A stretch of DNA of 62,293 bases, counting the filler. It is 6 parts of 6 records of this genome, joined end to end, with 100 filler letters (N's around TTAATTAATTAA, not from the genome) between each part and the next. Parts side by side here need not be neighbours in the genome. Positions count along the whole stretch, not along the records: positions 54,814 to 62,293 come from SRR31156797_8739; 5 more parts are not named here. The stretch is one strand, 5' to 3'. The notes beneath the pieces were generated by a model. That model was not told the DNA's origin. It ran no database searches and saw nothing but the letters and a program-made list of their open reading frames with translations. This document shows positions 58,681-62,293 of this stretch, in pieces. Within the stretch, counting starts at the first letter, position 1, and the number at the start of each line of letters is the position of its first letter. The position numbers were made by a program, and so were the translations under genes.

Positions 58681-59148
58681 CTAATGTCCTTCCCCTCTGA
58701 ACATTTTCAGGGTGTGATCCATTATGGGGATGAGCACCCGGGTACAGCATCGGACGGCTTTGACTGATCCGGGGAAATTGACCACCACGGTTCTGTCCCT
58801 GTAACCCGCGTATCCCCGGGAGAGCATGGCCATGGGGGTCTCCTTATAGGATTCCGCCCTGATGATTTCGGCAATCCCGGGCAGTTCTCTGTCACAGAAA
58901 TCACGGCTGATCTCCGGGGTTATATCCCTGGGAGAGATGCCTGTTCCGCCGGTGGTGAGGATGAAATCACTGTCCCCCGACTCTTCAAAACCCTTGCGGA
59001 TCGGCCCCTCATCATCCGGAACGATTACTCTGGTGACATTGCAGTTCGGGTAGGCTTCCCTTACCATCTTTTCAATTTCCGGTCCCGAGAGGTCTTCATA
59101 TTCCCCCCGGCTGGCTCTGTCACTGACAGTAAGAACAGTCACTTTCAT
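58681..59148 (-). CDS. mog: Molybdopterin adenylyltransferase (MogA/MoaB)
   Basis: LTVSD, DLSGP, VPDD, TTGGTGISPRDITPE, LSRG, NFPGS. Confidence 0.92.
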   Translation of the reverse strand: MKVTVLTVSDRASRGEYEDLSGPEIEKMVREAYPNCNVTRVIVPDDEGPIRKGFEESGDSDFILTTGGTGISPRDITPEISRDFCDRELPGIAEIIRAESYKETPMAMLSRGYAGYRDRTVVVNFPGSVKAVRCCTRVLIPIMDHTLKMFRGEGH

Positions 59149-59566
59149 TTGTAATTATCCCTCCCCGTATCACCTTGACGAAGATCCCCTTTCGGGGCAT
59201 GACGCAATCCCCCACGGCCTGATATATAGCGCAGCCGTGGTGGCACTCCTTTCCGATCTGGGTCACTTCCACCTCACACCCGCCCAGGTTCAGACGGGTG
59301 CCGACGGGGAGGCTACTGAGATCTATGCCTTCGGTTGTGATATTTTCGGCAAAATCACCGTATTTCAGTTCAATCCCTTTGCCTCTCATGCTCTCAATAT
59401 CCTCATTCGCCAGAAGGGATATCTGACGATGCCAGTTCCCTGCATGGGCATCCCCTTCAATCCCGTGGTCTACCTTCAGCTCCATGGAATCGACAGGGTG
59501 CTTCTGGATCCCCTTCTTCTCCGAAATGTTCAGGGAGAGTATTTTGAATGTCTTCAATTCGCTCAT
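59120..59566 (-). CDS. MOSC domain protein
   Basis: GIEGDAHAG..RQISLL, GDFAENIT, TQIGKECHHGC..CVMP..GIF. Confidence 0.92.
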   Translation of the reverse strand: MSELKTFKILSLNISEKKGIQKHPVDSMELKVDHGIEGDAHAGNWHRQISLLANEDIESMRGKGIELKYGDFAENITTEGIDLSSLPVGTRLNLGGCEVEVTQIGKECHHGCAIYQAVGDCVMPRKGIFVKVIRGGIITNESDCSYCQ

Positions 59567-60015
59567 GACAGTTCCTTTTTCGTTTTTTCTACAAGATGGA
59601 TATCTCCTATACGCATCTTCTTGTCCACGGCCTTGCACATATCATAGATGGTTAAGGCGGCGACGCTGACGGCTGTGAGGGCTTCCATCTCTATGCCCGT
59701 TTTATCCGTGCAGACCGTCTTCGCCCGGATCCTGACACCGTCATCTTCAATCCTCAGGTCCAGGACAGCCTGGTCCATGGCGATGTTGTGGCACAGAGGG
59801 ATGAGAGAAGAGGTCTGCTTGGCCCCCATGACGCCTGCGAGATTCGCCGTCGTCAGGACATCCCCCTTTTTAACCTGATTTTCGGTGATCAGCCTCATGG
59901 TTTCGGGAGTGCAGAATATCTTGCCCTCGGCCGTGGCTGTTCTATGTATCACAGGTTTGGCAGATACATCCACCATCCTGGCTTGTCCTTTTTCATCAAT
60001 ATGGGAAAAATTCAT
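59563..60015 (-). CDS. moaC: Cyclic pyranopterin monophosphate synthase
   Basis: MVDVS.K, KGDVL, LIPLCH, TGIEMEAL, YDMCKAVD. Confidence 0.97.
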   Translation of the reverse strand: MNFSHIDEKGQARMVDVSAKPVIHRTATAEGKIFCTPETMRLITENQVKKGDVLTTANLAGVMGAKQTSSLIPLCHNIAMDQAVLDLRIEDDGVRIRAKTVCTDKTGIEMEALTAVSVAALTIYDMCKAVDKKMRIGDIHLVEKTKKELS

Positions 60016-60828
60016 CTATCCTCCTATCTCCACCATGTTATGTGTGGAGCAGCTGCTTCCGCAGCGGGGTTTCTCCTGAATCGCCCTTTTCAGAGCCTTC
60101 CTTATCGCTTTTCTGTCCTTTGAGTCTATGAGTATCTCATTGTCCGAATGGAGGCAGGGTTTGAGGCTGCCTGTCGACAGGAGACGGATACGGTTGCATT
60201 TGTGACAGGGGGGAGGGCGGTGGTAGATGATCTTTTCTTCCGGGAACTTATCCTCCGTCAGGTTATATTCCCTTATCCTCTGAAGTGTGATCCCCTTCTC
60301 AAGACAGAAGGCCTTCATTTCATCCATTTCTTCCCGCGTGGTCTCTGTGGATATGACCATGTTTATCTTCAGGGGGAATCCTTGTGATCCGGCCGCTTCG
60401 ATTCCCTCCAACACCTTCGAGAGATCTCCCCCCCTTGTCAGCTCCGCGTATCGTTCGGCATTCAGGGTATCAAGAGAGATGTTGATACTGTCGAGTCCTG
60501 CCTTCTTCAGCTCTGCCGCATGGGAGCTCAGAAAGTGACCGTTTGTCGTCATTCCCAGAATCTCCAGCCCATCGATCCTTTTCAATAGTGATACAAGTGT
60601 GCAGATCCCCTTCCGGACCAGAGGTTCCCCTCCGGTAAGGCGTATTTTTGTGATCCCCATGGCCACGGCTTCCTCGGCGATGGCCGTTATCTCCTCAAAG
60701 CTGAGACAGTCGTTATGGCTTTTTTTTTCAACCCCTTCTTCGGGCATGCAGTAAATACAGCGGAGATTGCAGCGGTCGGTCACAGAGATCCGCAGATAGG
60801 ATATTTCTCTGTTATAAGAGTCTAACAT
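60016..60828 (-). CDS. moaA: GTP 3',8-cyclase (short form)
   Basis: YLRISVTDRCNLRCIYC, TGGEP, NISLDTL, CHKCNRIRL..KPCL, C-terminal IGG. Confidence 0.93.
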   Translation of the reverse strand: MLDSYNREISYLRISVTDRCNLRCIYCMPEEGVEKKSHNDCLSFEEITAIAEEAVAMGITKIRLTGGEPLVRKGICTLVSLLKRIDGLEILGMTTNGHFLSSHAAELKKAGLDSINISLDTLNAERYAELTRGGDLSKVLEGIEAAGSQGFPLKINMVISTETTREEMDEMKAFCLEKGITLQRIREYNLTEDKFPEEKIIYHRPPPCHKCNRIRLLSTGSLKPCLHSDNEILIDSKDRKAIRKALKRAIQEKPRCGSSCSTHNMVEIGG

Positions 60829-61978
60829 GAACGATCTCTCCCGCTGCTATGTGGCTGATTCCCTGATCCACAACAATTAATCCATCAGCTTCTGCCATGG
60901 CGTTCAGATGGGAGGAGCCGTGATATCTGATCGGCCATACCTTGTTCTCCCTGAAGTTAACGGGAAGGAATTCCGATCTGTCTGTGCTCCGTCTTCGGAT
61001 CTCCCGTCCTAATTCTCCTCTAAGAACATCCGGGGCATATTCCAGACCGCAGCAGTGCCAGATCAGATGCTTGACAAATACTTCGAATAGGATAAACGTA
61101 GATACGGGGTTTCCGGGCAGTCCGAAGACAAAGCAGTCTTCCCTGCTGCCGAACCACAAAGGTCTGCCCGGCTTGATCGCAGCCTTGTGGAACTCCTTCT
61201 TGACATTCAGTTTTTCGAGGGTTCCCGGGATGAAATCGAATTCTCCCATGGAAACACCACCGGAGAGAATGAGGACATCATTTTCATCCAGCCCTTTCCG
61301 AATAATCCGGTACAGCTTGTCTTCATCATCAACTGTGATGCCGTAGTACTGTACGGGACATGAGATGCCTTCCGCCTGAGCCACAAGCTGAGGACCGTTG
61401 CTGTTGTAGATCTCTCCGTCCTTCAGAGGAGTTCCTGGTTCGCGGATCTCAGAGCCTGTTGTGATAATACCTATACGGGGCGGAACGGCGACTTCTACTT
61501 CCGCCAGTCCGAGGGATGCCAGTATCCCGATCTCTTTGGGCTTCAAACGGCGCGGCGTAAGGACGGTCTCCCCTGTTTTCAGGTTTTCACCCCTGAAGAT
61601 GATATTATTAAGGGGCTCTTCCTCTTTAAGACTGATGGTGTCCCCATTCTTTTCGGTAAATTCTATCCGGATGATCTTGCCACAGCCATCGGGAATCTTG
61701 GCTCCCGTCATAATGGCGGTGCATTCTCCTCTCTTAAGAGGACGGGATGCCAGCCCTCCGGCTGCCACGGTTTCCATAAGCTTCCAGGGGCCGCGGTCAT
61801 CGTCGGCGCAGACGGCCCATCCGTCCATAGCCGCTTTATCAAAGGGAGGAGAGTCTATTGTCGAGACCACTGGGCGGGCCAGCAGCCGACCCGCTGCCAG
61901 ATCCAGGGGGACTGTTTCTGTTTTAAGAATCTGTTTCTGTTTGTTCAGTACTTCGATTATTCCTTGAATGCCCAGCAT
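60812..61978 (-). CDS. moeA: Molybdopterin molybdo/tungstotransferase
   Basis: PPFDKAAMDG, IMTGA, TTGSE, SNG, SGGVSMG, KPGRP, LPGNPVS. Confidence 0.95.
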   Translation of the reverse strand: MLGIQGIIEVLNKQKQILKTETVPLDLAAGRLLARPVVSTIDSPPFDKAAMDGWAVCADDDRGPWKLMETVAAGGLASRPLKRGECTAIMTGAKIPDGCGKIIRIEFTEKNGDTISLKEEEPLNNIIFRGENLKTGETVLTPRRLKPKEIGILASLGLAEVEVAVPPRIGIITTGSEIREPGTPLKDGEIYNSNGPQLVAQAEGISCPVQYYGITVDDEDKLYRIIRKGLDENDVLILSGGVSMGEFDFIPGTLEKLNVKKEFHKAAIKPGRPLWFGSREDCFVFGLPGNPVSTFILFEVFVKHLIWHCCGLEYAPDVLRGELGREIRRRSTDRSEFLPVNFRENKVWPIRYHGSSHLNAMAEADGLIVVDQGISHIAAGEIVHVRLL

Positions 61979-61995
61979 CTATCGATCCTTTTAAA

Positions 61996-62292
61996 TTAGT
62001 ATAGTTGAATGGCGGAAGGGGAGAATATTACATCCAGCTCTTCCTCCGGAGAATATTGATTAAGACTCATTTCGCTTTCGCTGACCCTGGCTTTGATTGT
62101 GTGGCCCTGACAGTCAAGCTTTATCGTATACTGTCCTGTCTTGTAGGGTCTGATAGACTCAATGACGGCCGAGAGACAATTCATGCTCTCGCCGGCGCTT
62201 TTTTTGCGTGAGAGTGTAATATTTTCAGGCAAAATCACAGATGTTGAAAACTCTCCCTGACGAGCGGGACACTTGATAATGAACCTTCCCGT
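61996..62292 (-). CDS. C-terminal TOBE domain, probably of a molybdate/tungstate ABC ATPase (5'-partial)
   Basis: Frame is open to the window end; PENITLS..SMNCLSAVIESI..IKARVS..VIFSPSAI resembles a TOBE domain; lies upstream of moeA. Confidence 0.6.
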   Translation of the reverse strand, partial: TGRFIIKCPARQGEFSTSVILPENITLSRKKSAGESMNCLSAVIESIRPYKTGQYTIKLDCQGHTIKARVSESEMSLNQYSPEEELDVIFSPSAIQLY

Positions 62293-62293
62293 A

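Noticed and set aside
26271-62293. One large Mo/W/Se aldehyde-oxidation island (mop cluster + selD + aor + moa genes)
   Set aside because: The parts lie on three different contigs separated by artificial spacers.

Overview
The window is not one locus. It is six unrelated contigs joined by five artificial 100-nt spacers (44 N + TTAATTAATTAA + 44 N); lineage calls below are inferred from gene content and sequence style. (1) 1-7073, GC-rich, spirochaete-like: V/A-type ATPase subunits I and K, ispG, a TPR protein and uvrA. (2) 7174-26170, Bacteroidales-like: long phenylalanine hydroxylase, C69 peptidase, DUF3179, DUF1801, PhzF, tatA and mfd, plus a tightly coupled minus-strand operon [RPPP-ending leader ORF]-TonB receptor-MFS-hemN-hemG-hemH that looks like a porphyrin import-and-finish (haem salvage) system. 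(3) 26271-33034, Desulfobacterota: the end of a Mop-type molybdenum aldehyde oxidoreductase, then a DVU_1553-1558-like cluster (Fe-S/CCG fusion, CxxC protein, methyltransferase, C-GCAxxG-C-C protein, Tes/MJ0619-like radical SAM, PaaK-like ligase). (4) 33135-48873, (Pseudo)desulfovibrio-like: tkt, rpiB, a lipoprotein, a TPR protein, rpoH, metH with a SahR-type operator, YkgJ, rfaE2, a selenocysteine-containing selD truncated by the ORF track, a multi-PAS hybrid kinase and rocD. (5) 48974-54713, Bacteroidales-like: DUF2723, pgeF, and an hcpR / ferredoxin-hcp divergon with a visible HcpR box. (6) 54814-62293, anaerobe (possibly spirochaete): a sigma54 activator with UAS repeats and a -24/-12 promoter, a tungsten-type AOR, two MoaD-like proteins and a convergent moeA-moaA-moaC-MOSC-mog operon. 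The strongest leads for an undescribed system are the RPPP-leader/TonB/MFS/late-haem operon and the Tes-like radical SAM cluster beside the aldehyde oxidoreductase.
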